From contig CAZHPN010000088.1 in the NCBI GenBank assembly GCA_964534375.1, forward strand, positions 1 through 22,740: 22,740 nucleotides of DNA. The letters are read 5' to 3'. This stretch comes from an uncultured bacterium (GTDB lineage Bacteria > Lernaellota > Lernaellaia > Lernaellales > Lernaellaceae). Below the pieces are notes generated by a model that did not search any database, had not been told where the DNA came from, and saw only the letters and a list, made by a program, of their open reading frames with translations. Position 1 is the first letter of the stretch. Each line of letters starts with the position of its first letter. Positions 8,471 through 16,041 of this stretch are shown piece after piece. A program made the position numbers and the translations under genes.

Positions 8471-9088
8471 TTACGCCAACCTTAGGCTGACGATCCATAG
8501 CAGCCAGCCGGCGACGAACACGCCGCCCCACACGGCCGCCGCGCCCGCCTTGATCTTGCCCTCGGGCGTCAGGCCTTTCCAGATGAACTCGAACGCGGCG
8601 CCGACCCACAAAACGAAGCCGAGCAGCGCGGCCATCGCCCAGAACCGCGACGGGTCGAAGCTTTTTTGCAGCAGTTTCAGTTGCCGATCGAATGCGCGCG
8701 CATCGCCGAGTTGCGATGCTTCCATCGCCGCGATGTTCGTTTCCGAAAGCGCAATCACGGCCGGATAGGGCTGATAAAGGCCGCGCGCCGCGTACAAGCC
8801 GCTGCGCAACACGCGCCAGGCGTGGAGCGCGCCGGCCACGTCGCCGGCCGCGGCCCGCATCGCCGCCATTTTCTCCAGCGCGTCCACGGCCCGCGCGACG
8901 TCCGGGCTGCCCGGCCAATACATGTGCAGGGCGCGATCGTAGAAGCCGACAGACTCGTCGTTCTGACCGACCGCCGCCAGTTCGTCGGCCTTGTTTCGCG
9001 CCAGGCGGCCGTCGATCGCCACGCGCGCCCAGGCCATGAGCAGCACGACGATCGCCACGCCGCCGAGCAGTCGGATTTTTTTCGCCAC
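8471..9088 (-). CDS. Hypothetical membrane protein (N-terminal anchor, helical TPR-like region, two C-terminal TM helices)
   Basis: GTG start with a GGGAG RBS, MAKK plus a hydrophobic helix, TPR-like SVGFYDRALHMYWPGSP, and two hydrophobic helices at the C-terminus. Confidence 0.8.
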   Translation of the reverse strand: MAKKIRLLGGVAIVVLLMAWARVAIDGRLARNKADELAAVGQNDESVGFYDRALHMYWPGSPDVARAVDALEKMAAMRAAAGDVAGALHAWRVLRSGLYAARGLYQPYPAVIALSETNIAAMEASQLGDARAFDRQLKLLQKSFDPSRFWAMAALLGFVLWVGAAFEFIWKGLTPEGKIKAGAAAVWGGVFVAGWLLWIVSLRLA

Positions 9089-9269
9089 GCTACGCTCCCG
9101 CGCAGAACCAGCGCGATTCTAGCCAACGGGCCGGCTTCCCGCAAACGCGGGCGTCGTCGACATCTTCCCGTTCATGGCGAGCGCGACGCCTTGAAAACCG
9201 CGCGGTTTTGACCTATCAAAGATCGTCAGCTACGCAGGACTTTCGCCGAAATTCCGGATCGGGTCGACT

Positions 9270-10724
9270 ATGGGCATCTTGCGCATCAACTGGTTCATTC
9301 ATCAGATGTTGACCGCCCATGCGCTCGATCGCACGCGGCTGATGGCGCTGCAGCAAAAACGCTTTCGGGCCCTGCTGCGCCACGCCGTGGCGAACGCGCC
9401 TTTCTATCGCGAGAAATATCGCGGCCTCGACCTGGAAAACTGCCGGTTGGCGGATTTGCCCATCGTTTCGAAGAAAGAGATGGTCGAGAACTTTGACGAT
9501 TTCGTCACCGACCGGCGGCTGAAAAAGGCCGAAATTCGCTGCTGGCTCGAAGACCGCAGCCACCTCGGCCGCATGTACCGCGGCCGGTTCATCGTCTTCC
9601 ACACCTCGGGCACGACCGGCGAAAACGCCTTGGTGGTGTACGATCGGCGCGGCCTCGATTACGTGCACGCGGCGGTGATGGCCCGCCACACGCTGCCGGA
9701 AGAGCCGTCGGCCTGGAAGCGGACGATGATCTTCCTCGAACTTCTGCTCGTGCAACGGCAACGGATCGCCACGGTCGTAATGACCGGCGGGCCGTATCCG
9801 GCGTACACGGCGGCGCTGTACACGCCGCGGCTGCACCACCTGTTCGTCACGCAGAAAATCTTCTCGTTGCGCGACCCGCTCGACAAAATCGTGGCGGACC
9901 TCAACGAATTCCAACCCGACGCCATCGTCTCGTACCCGTCGCTGCTCGGCGTGCTGGCGCGCGAGCAACTCGCCGGCCGGCTGCGGCTGCACTTCGACCG
10001 CTTCACCTCGACCGTCGCCGGCACCAGCGAGCCGCTGTCCGAAAAGACCAAACAACTCGCGCGCGCCGCCTGGAGCCGCGAGGTGCAGGACACCTACGGC
10101 ACGGCCGAGTGCTTCGCCCTGGCGCGGTCGTGCCGGCGCTTTAAACGCATGCACGTCATGGAAGATCTGTGCATCGTCGAGGCCGTCGATCGGCACGGCC
10201 GGCCCGTTCCCGACGGCACGCCGGGCGACAAGATTTTGCTCACCAACCTGTTCAACAAGGTCCAGCCCTTCATCCGCTACGAGGTTGGCGACGTCACCGG
10301 CTTTTCGACCGAGATCTGCGATTGCGGCCTGCCGTTCCGTACGCTGCTGCCGGTCGAGGGCCGGATCGACGACGTGTTCTACATCGATCGCCCGGGGGGC
10401 GGCTACGACGCGGTGCATCCGTACATTTTCCTCGGCCCGATCGTCGAGTTGTCCGAGGTCCGCGAATTTCAACTCGCGCAAACGGGCCGAAACGAAATCA
10501 CCTTCTTCTACGCGCCGACCGATTGCGCCGCGGACCTCGAGCCAAAAGTCCGCCGCACCCTGGAAGAAGGCCTGACGCGCGCCTCGCTGCTCGGCCGCGT
10601 CGCTCTGCGGCTGCAGCGCGTCGAGGAAGTCGACCGCGACGCTCGCTCCGGCAAGTTTCGGCAGATCATTAGCCGGGTGGGCCCGCCAGCCGATTTGGAC
10701 GACGGGGTGCGGATGGAGCACTGA
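9270..10724 (+). CDS. Phenylacetate-CoA ligase-like (PaaK/CapK/F390 synthetase family) adenylate-forming enzyme
   Basis: LLRHAVANAPFYREKY, P-loop HTSGTTG, YGTAE, FIRYEVGD, EGRIDD and C-terminal RSGKFR. Confidence 0.88.
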   Translation: MGILRINWFIHQMLTAHALDRTRLMALQQKRFRALLRHAVANAPFYREKYRGLDLENCRLADLPIVSKKEMVENFDDFVTDRRLKKAEIRCWLEDRSHLGRMYRGRFIVFHTSGTTGENALVVYDRRGLDYVHAAVMARHTLPEEPSAWKRTMIFLELLLVQRQRIATVVMTGGPYPAYTAALYTPRLHHLFVTQKIFSLRDPLDKIVADLNEFQPDAIVSYPSLLGVLAREQLAGRLRLHFDRFTSTVAGTSEPLSEKTKQLARAAWSREVQDTYGTAECFALARSCRRFKRMHVMEDLCIVEAVDRHGRPVPDGTPGDKILLTNLFNKVQPFIRYEVGDVTGFSTEICDCGLPFRTLLPVEGRIDDVFYIDRPGGGYDAVHPYIFLGPIVELSEVREFQLAQTGRNEITFFYAPTDCAADLEPKVRRTLEEGLTRASLLGRVALRLQRVEEVDRDARSGKFRQIISRVGPPADLDDGVRMEH

Positions 10725-10730
10725 GAGCGC

Positions 10731-10765
10731 GGAAGTCGGAAGCCGGAAGCAAGCAGTCAGAAGTC
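10731..10765. repeat. Heptamer tandem tract (5 units, GGAAGTC type)
   Basis: ggaagtc ggaagcc ggaagca agcagtc agaagtc, 6 nt past the ligase stop. Confidence 0.75.
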
Positions 10766-10829
10766 GCACGCCGGTCTGGTTTGGTTTCGCGCCGGAGTGG
10801 TGATATTTATGACGATTACGCGCTAATGG

Positions 10830-10883
10830 GATTTATCCGACCTATAGGACCCATACGGCCCATAGGTCCTATTTGGCCTATAG
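10830..10883. repeat. Nonamer tandem tract (6 units, GACCTATAG type) with internal dyad
   Basis: gatttatcc gacctatag gacccatac ggcccatag gtcctattt ggcctatag; ATAGGACC (10844-51) pairs with GGTCCTAT (10865-72). Confidence 0.8.
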
Positions 10884-11129
10884 AAACCATCGATTCTCTT
10901 CGTAACCCGGAACGATCGTTGGGCACTACGTCACGAGGGCCGCGCCCCTTGATTCGTGTCCCGGCTGTCATTTGTGTAATCTGTGCAATCCGTGGATAAA
11001 CATGACATTCATGCGCGCAAAGCGCGCAGGTCGAGCCCCAAGGGGCGCCGTCCCCGGCGGCCCGGTTCGACATCGGCCCCCGTTCGTAATAGATTTGTTC
11101 GCCACGGCGAAGAATAAGGAGAACCCGCG

Positions 11130-11756
11130 ATGGGCAATTTGTCCTTTTCGTCCCAAATGGCCGACATAATCGCTCCTCTGATCGAAGACCGCTTGCGGCG
11201 GGAAATCGGCGCATCGTCGCCCGTGCCGTACGTCGTCGAGCGCGGCGACGGCCCCGGCGCGGCCGTCGGCGGCGCGCTGGCCCGAGTCGTCCACGCCGTC
11301 TTCGGCGGGCGGGCCGAGCAGTTGTTCGTGATCGCGTTCGACGTGGCCGGGCTGAAACCGTTCCAATTGCACGCGGGCGTCGACAAGCAGGGGCTGGGCG
11401 CGCGCGTTGGCGTGCTGCTTTACTCGGCCGCGCTGGCAAAACCTATCGCCGGCGAAGCCGAACTCGAAGTCCCGCTCACGGTGGGCCGCGCCAAATTCGC
11501 CGGCGACGCCGCGGCGGCCGGCCGGCTCAACGCCCGCGTCGATTTGCTCAAGCGGGTCGCCAAATTTTCGCGCACGAATTCCGACGCCGGCGGCGTCAGC
11601 CGCATCATCCCGCGCCTGTTTCGGATCGTGCCGCAGGACGGCGGGGCCCTGCTGCTCGCGCTAACGCTCGGCCGGCCTGGCTGCCTGGGTTTCAGCGAGT
11701 CGCTGGATGCGCGGGAGTTCGCCGACCTGGCGGCGGCGATCGAAGCCGTGCTGTAA
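11130..11756 (+). CDS. Hypothetical protein (208 aa)
   Basis: AAGGAG RBS before the ATG, GC-biased third codon positions and a globular-looking sequence. No family recognised. Confidence 0.75.
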   Translation: MGNLSFSSQMADIIAPLIEDRLRREIGASSPVPYVVERGDGPGAAVGGALARVVHAVFGGRAEQLFVIAFDVAGLKPFQLHAGVDKQGLGARVGVLLYSAALAKPIAGEAELEVPLTVGRAKFAGDAAAAGRLNARVDLLKRVAKFSRTNSDAGGVSRIIPRLFRIVPQDGGALLLALTLGRPGCLGFSESLDAREFADLAAAIEAVL

Positions 11757-11821
11757 CGAACCCGCCTCGGCTCTATTTGGCTGTCGCCGACGACCGCATC
11801 CCGCCGTTGGCTTGCAGTTCT

Positions 11822-11914
11822 GATTTTTCTTGCCGTGAAGACGCAATGAACGCGAGGAAAAAACCATCGGCCTCTCCATTCATGGCGTCTTTTGCGTCTT
11901 CGCGATGAAAAATC
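11822..11914. repeat. Long imperfect hairpin (GAAGACGCAA/TTGCGTCTTC arms)
   Basis: 11822-11855 gatttttcttgccgtgaagacgcaatgaacgcga pairs with 11883-11914 tggcgtcttttgcgtcttcgcgatgaaaaatc. Confidence 0.75.
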
Positions 11915-11948
11915 CTCAACGTCCGACCCATGTAATGCATCGGCGTCA

Positions 11949-11976
11949 TTGACACCGCCGCGCGCGCCATTAGCGT
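11949..11976 (+). promoter_or_regulatory. Putative sigma70 promoter of the MFS pump
   Basis: Perfect TTGACA, 16 nt, TAGCGT, about 130 nt upstream of the start. Confidence 0.55.
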
Positions 11977-12104
11977 TCGAAGATGTTGGTGTACCTCTCG
12001 GGGCCGCATCGGTTGCGGGCGCGACATGGTGAAGCCGCGGAGCGGCGGTTCCGGCGGCCGGCGGAAACAGCGAACGCCGCGGTCGGCGGCGGGCGGGGGC
12101 GGCC

Positions 12105-13724
12105 ATGAGCGCCGTCGCCGAGTTCGTCGAGCGGCAGCCGGCCGACGCCAAAGCGCCGGTCGACAACAAGTGGCTGGTCGCGGGCTCGGTCGCGGTCGGC
12201 GCCATGATGAGCGCGATCGACACGTCGATCGTCAACGTGGCCATGCCGCACATCCGCGGCTCGGTCGGCGCGACGATCGAGGAAATCACCTGGGTCTCGA
12301 CCGCGTACATCATCGCCATGGTGATCGTCATGCCGCTGACGGGCTTCCTGGGCTCGTTCTTCGGCCAGAAACAGGTGTACGTGGCGTCGCTGGTCCTGTT
12401 CATCGCCGGCTCGGCGCTGTGCGGCATGGCGCACACCCTGGCGACGCTGGTGATTTTCCGCGCGATCCAGGGCCTCGGCGCGGGGGCGATCCAGCCGACG
12501 CAGCAGGCGATCTTGCGGCAGACGTTTCCGCAGCACGAGCAGGGCATGGCCATGGCCATGCTCGGCATGGTGCTGATGCTCGGCCCGGCGATCGGCCCGA
12601 CGCTCGGCGGCTGGATCACCGACAACTACAGTTGGCAGTGGATCTTCTATATCAACCTGCCGGTCGGCGTTCTCGGTCTGTTTATGGTGGCTCAATTCGT
12701 TCACGAGCCGGACGACATCCGGCTGGCCAACCACGCGCGGGCCGAGGCGCAGCGCAAAAATCTCGATTGGCAGGGCGTGGCGCTGATTACGGTCGGCGCG
12801 GCGACCATGCAATACGTTTTGGAAGAGGGGCAACGCAACGACTGGTTTCAATCGCGGGAGATTTCGCTCATCGCGTTTGTCGCCGCCGTTGCCTTGGCTG
12901 CGTTCGTCGTGCGGGAACTGACCGCGCCCGCGCCGGTCGTCAATCTGCGGCTGTTCCGCGAGCGCACCTTCATGGCCGGCACCGTCATGGGCGGCATGCA
13001 ATTCGCGGTGCTGATGAGCAGCATGTTCCTGATGCCGCTGTTCATGCAGGAAATTCTCGGCTACAGCGCGACGCAATCCGGCTTGCTGCTGGCGCCGCGG
13101 GCGCTGGTGATGATGGCGCTGATGCCAGTGATCGGCCGCCTCTACAACAAGGTGCGGCCGGCGGCGATGATCGGGGCCGGCATCGTGCTCATCGCCATCG
13201 GGTCGTTCCAGCTCAGCCGCGTCACGACGCAGACCTCGTTCGCCGACCTCGTGTTCCCGATGATCACCACCGGCGTCGGTTTCGCCGCTTTGTTCGTGCC
13301 GCTGCTGACCGTCTCGATGTGCTGCATCGAACGCAGCCAGTTGGTCGACGCCGCCGGCATGAACTCGTTTTTCCGCCAGGTCGGCGCCTCGATCGGCATC
13401 ACCGTCTTCGCGACGCTGCTGACCCGCTTCACGACGCAGGCGCGGGCCAGCATCGGCTGGCACGTCACGCCGCTGCGGCCCGAGGCGATGATGCAGCTTC
13501 AAGCGCTGCAGCAACGCGCGACCGGCCTCGGCTTCGGCACGGCGGCGCGGCACGCGTCGATGATGTTCCTGGACGGCCGCGTCTCGGCCCAAGGCGCCAT
13601 CCTCGCCTTCGAAAAATCCTTCATGCTGCAAGGCCTGTGCTTCCTGGCCATCCTGCCGCTGCTGGCGTTTCTGTGGAAAACCCGCAGCACGGACAGCGAA
13701 AAACCGACCGGCGGGGCGGAGTGA
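12105..13724 (+). CDS. DHA2 family (EmrB/QacA) MFS efflux transporter
   Basis: IDTSIVNVAMPHI, ITWVSTAY, FRAIQGLGAG, GPAIGPTLGGWIT, WQWIFYINLPVG and LEEGQRNDWF; about 14 TM helices. Confidence 0.95.
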   Translation: MSAVAEFVERQPADAKAPVDNKWLVAGSVAVGAMMSAIDTSIVNVAMPHIRGSVGATIEEITWVSTAYIIAMVIVMPLTGFLGSFFGQKQVYVASLVLFIAGSALCGMAHTLATLVIFRAIQGLGAGAIQPTQQAILRQTFPQHEQGMAMAMLGMVLMLGPAIGPTLGGWITDNYSWQWIFYINLPVGVLGLFMVAQFVHEPDDIRLANHARAEAQRKNLDWQGVALITVGAATMQYVLEEGQRNDWFQSREISLIAFVAAVALAAFVVRELTAPAPVVNLRLFRERTFMAGTVMGGMQFAVLMSSMFLMPLFMQEILGYSATQSGLLLAPRALVMMALMPVIGRLYNKVRPAAMIGAGIVLIAIGSFQLSRVTTQTSFADLVFPMITTGVGFAALFVPLLTVSMCCIERSQLVDAAGMNSFFRQVGASIGITVFATLLTRFTTQARASIGWHVTPLRPEAMMQLQALQQRATGLGFGTAARHASMMFLDGRVSAQGAILAFEKSFMLQGLCFLAILPLLAFLWKTRSTDSEKPTGGAE

Positions 13725-13754
13725 GCGCAACCCGTCGATTTCGGCGCTCACATC

Positions 13755-14046
13755 ACACAAAGCCGCCGCAGAGACGGACAGAGATTCATTGGCAACGCTG
13801 CTGAAAATGGACTGACCATTGACCCCTGGTGTGACAAATGACGCGCGCGCCTGCGCGGCCCGCCGGCCGGATGCAGCAGGCCATTCGTAGCGCCAACGGC
13901 GCGAATTATTACCACGAGGGGTCGGAGTAATGGTTTAACTGTAGACAACGAGATCGCCAGGGAGGACAAGAGAACAGGAAGAGGAGCGCGGCGGCAACGC
14001 GTTGCAGCCGCCTCTTTGTCCTCTCTGCTCTCTCTGTGTCTGAAGT
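13755..14046. repeat. Nested inverted-repeat structure between convergent genes
   Basis: Outer arms acacaaag..gcagagacggacagaga (13755-84) and tctttgtcctctctgctctctctgtgt (14013-39). Inner arms ACCATT-GACCCCT (13815-27) and AGGGGTC..AATGGT (13917-34). Confidence 0.6.
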
Positions 14047-14057
14047 CAACACCCCAT

Positions 14058-15464
14058 TCATTTCCCCGGCGTTGCCGTAAGGCAATCCTGGCGGATATTT
14101 GCCATCACAAACGATTTGAAAGTGTCGTACGGACAATCGGCGACCCCGCAGGCGGGGATCGTCATCTGCTGCTGGAGCGGCGGAGTTTGCAGCGTCAGCG
14201 CCGTGCCGTTCCGCATTTGGTCCAAGGAAGGGACGACGTAGAAAAGACGCACAATGTATTGTCCGGCGGCCGACGATTTGTGCAGTTCGAAAACCAAGGC
14301 GCCCGTCGGGGCCGGATCGTCGGGTTGGTATCCTGCCATCTGCCAGTGGACGCCCAGGAATTCGCCGATATTTGCGACATTCGGCGTATCGTGTCCCACA
14401 AACATCGTAAATTTGCTGTTCGCCGGGGCCAGCGCAGCCGCGTCCTTCGTCCCGGTGAGGGCCTGGTCCATGGTCCCGATGGTCTGTCGCATGAGGTTGG
14501 AAACGCTCGCCTGCGTGTACGACGGAAGACAGTTGAAGTATTTGAAAAACGCGACGTTCAGCGCCGTCAATTCATAAAGGCCGCCCGCCGGCATCGCGCC
14601 CCAGGCGAAACACTGCGCGCCGGGGGTGGCGGGACAGTCCGCGGCGGGCATCCCCTCAGCGTATTCAAGCTCGAATGTCTCCGTGAGTTCGCTGGCGAGT
14701 GCGAATAGGGCGAAAGTCGAAATTGCCGCCACGTCTTTCACCAGCGCGGAACTGTCCGTTACATCCCACAGCAACTGGAACTGCGAGGCGTATTGGGTCT
14801 TGAGGCAACTCGGATCGCCGCCGGTCATTTTCTGCAGCGCCGCCATATCGGTGCTGAAATCGGACTTGCACAGTCCCGCATCGACGGTCTCGAAATATGG
14901 ATCGGGCGCCGCGGCGGCAAATTGGACCTGAACGCCGCAATCGGGTGTTTTTTCGCCCTGAAACATCCCGTCGAGGTACCCCTGGGCCGTTTGTTTCGTT
15001 CGTTCGTCAGTGTCGGCGTAAACATACACGGCGCCGTCGTCCGGGCAGGTTCCGCGCGCGGGCAACAGGCCCTGGCCGGCATAATAATCCCGATACCAAG
15101 ACCCCAAATCCGTCGCGACCTGTTTTCCTTTGGCCGAAAGGTAGCCGGGGACGTCGGCCGGCGGCGACCAGTCGGGAAACCCCTGGGGGCGGCCCGTGAA
15201 AAGATTCATCACGGTATTTGGCAAGGTCGGGGATCTGATCCCGTGCCGACTTACCGCAACGACCGAGAGCAGTTCCGTATCGGCCGCGTCGTCGTTGTCG
15301 TCGTCCGCGGGCGACACATCGTCGTCGGTGGGCGAGGCATCGTCGTCGACCTGGGGGGGCGACGACGAACTCGACGACGGGGCGCAGTTGAGGGCCAGTA
15401 GGGCGATAATCGTCAGCGCCATCAACGAGAACAGCCATAACGACCGCGGGAACATTCGTTTCAT
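14058..15464 (-). CDS. Histidine acid phosphatase / phytase (AppA/Agp-like), predicted lipoprotein
   Basis: RHGIRSP, DTDERT, GHDT and GALVFEL motifs, many Cys. Signal peptide ending LALNC, followed by a Ser- and Asp-rich linker. GAGG RBS. Confidence 0.92.
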   Translation of the reverse strand: MKRMFPRSLWLFSLMALTIIALLALNCAPSSSSSSPPQVDDDASPTDDDVSPADDDNDDAADTELLSVVAVSRHGIRSPTLPNTVMNLFTGRPQGFPDWSPPADVPGYLSAKGKQVATDLGSWYRDYYAGQGLLPARGTCPDDGAVYVYADTDERTKQTAQGYLDGMFQGEKTPDCGVQVQFAAAAPDPYFETVDAGLCKSDFSTDMAALQKMTGGDPSCLKTQYASQFQLLWDVTDSSALVKDVAAISTFALFALASELTETFELEYAEGMPAADCPATPGAQCFAWGAMPAGGLYELTALNVAFFKYFNCLPSYTQASVSNLMRQTIGTMDQALTGTKDAAALAPANSKFTMFVGHDTPNVANIGEFLGVHWQMAGYQPDDPAPTGALVFELHKSSAAGQYIVRLFYVVPSLDQMRNGTALTLQTPPLQQQMTIPACGVADCPYDTFKSFVMANIRQDCLTATPGK

Positions 15465-15500
15465 CGAGACCTCTGCGTGTTGACTGCAAAAACACCGAAG

Positions 15501-15565
15501 CGACCACTCGCTAACGAAATGCTAACAAATTCCTAACCAATCTACAATCTGAAGCGAAGTGGTCG
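15501..15565. promoter_or_regulatory. 11-bp-period CTAAC direct repeats (OmpR/PhoB-type site candidate) enclosed by an inverted repeat
   Basis: CTAAC at 15511, 15522 and 15533. Arms CGACCACTCGCT (15501-12) and AGCGAAGTGGTCG (15553-65). Confidence 0.55.
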
Positions 15566-15624
15566 GCATGACGGGCTAACTTTAGACGGAGAGGGCGCAG
15601 AGACAGCGCACAGAGGACACAGGG

Positions 15625-15662
15625 GCGGCCGCAGCGCATCGCGCGCGATGCGCTGCGGCCGC
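15625..15662. repeat. Perfect 38-bp palindrome without spacer
   Basis: GCGGCCGCAGCGCATCGCG|CGCGATGCGCTGCGGCCGC, checked base by base. Confidence 0.95.
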
Positions 15663-15721
15663 ACTCATCTCCGCACCACTGTCGCGCGATTTCTCGTTTT
15701 GACGCAGAGATTTTCGGGACA

Positions 15722-15872
15722 GCCACAGATTGCGCAGACTTACGCTGATGCACGGGCCACGGTCGGCGCCCAACAAGGCGGGACACGTCATGGCCCGTGC
15801 CGTATCGGCGGTCATCTGCATTCATTTGTGGCAATAAAGACCTTTGGTTGCAGTTCCAAGGGCTGCGCTAAG
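15722..15872 (+). repeat. Composite hairpin element, copy 1
   Basis: Arm GCCACAGAT.. (15722-49) pairs with arm ..ATTTGTGGC (15804-32), then TAAAGA, then TTTGGTTGC..GCGCTAAG (15843-72). Confidence 0.7.
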
Positions 15873-16041
15873 TTTAGACTTCCATTTCCGAGCCGTTGAC
15901 AGCGAAGCGGACGCCGAAGATCATCATTCCACAGACCAAATCCGCCATGCCCAGCGAACTCGCCAGTTTGGGCCTGGTTGCGGCGCCATGCCCCGGCGCC
16001 GCCAGCGCGAATGGGTCGAAAGAGAAGGGAGATGGGCGACG

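Noticed and set aside
9208..9219. FNR box (TTGAC-CT-ATCAA)
   Set aside because: Spacing is 2 nt shorter than TTGAT-N4-ATCAA.
5783..10883. Tandem tracts as a CRISPR array
   Set aside because: Units are 7-9 nt, contiguous and without spacers; no cas genes are present.
13849..13881. SRP RNA or 6S RNA in the inner rod
   Set aside because: CCGGATGCAGC only loosely resembles SRP helix 8 and lacks the GNRA tetraloop and CAGG/AGCA symmetric loop. There is no 6S-type central bubble or gene context.
14041..15488. 12-bp inverted repeat TGAAGTCAACAC / GTGTTGACTGCA tightly flanking the phytase as transposon ends
   Set aside because: Only 11/12 matches, there is no target duplication, and the left copy overlaps the end of a CACAGAG-family repeat; may be chance.
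15501..15565. Integron attC site (bulged stem, TAAC motifs)
   Set aside because: No correctly placed RYYYAAC/GTTRRRY pair closing the stem, it lies upstream rather than downstream of the gene, and no integrase or cassette array is present.
15844..16041. N-terminal extensions in the ORF track (DUF2293 from 15844; also 21063, 3130, 4419, 5712)
   Set aside because: They run through repeats or promoter DNA. Downstream starts match family N-termini and mostly have clear RBSs.
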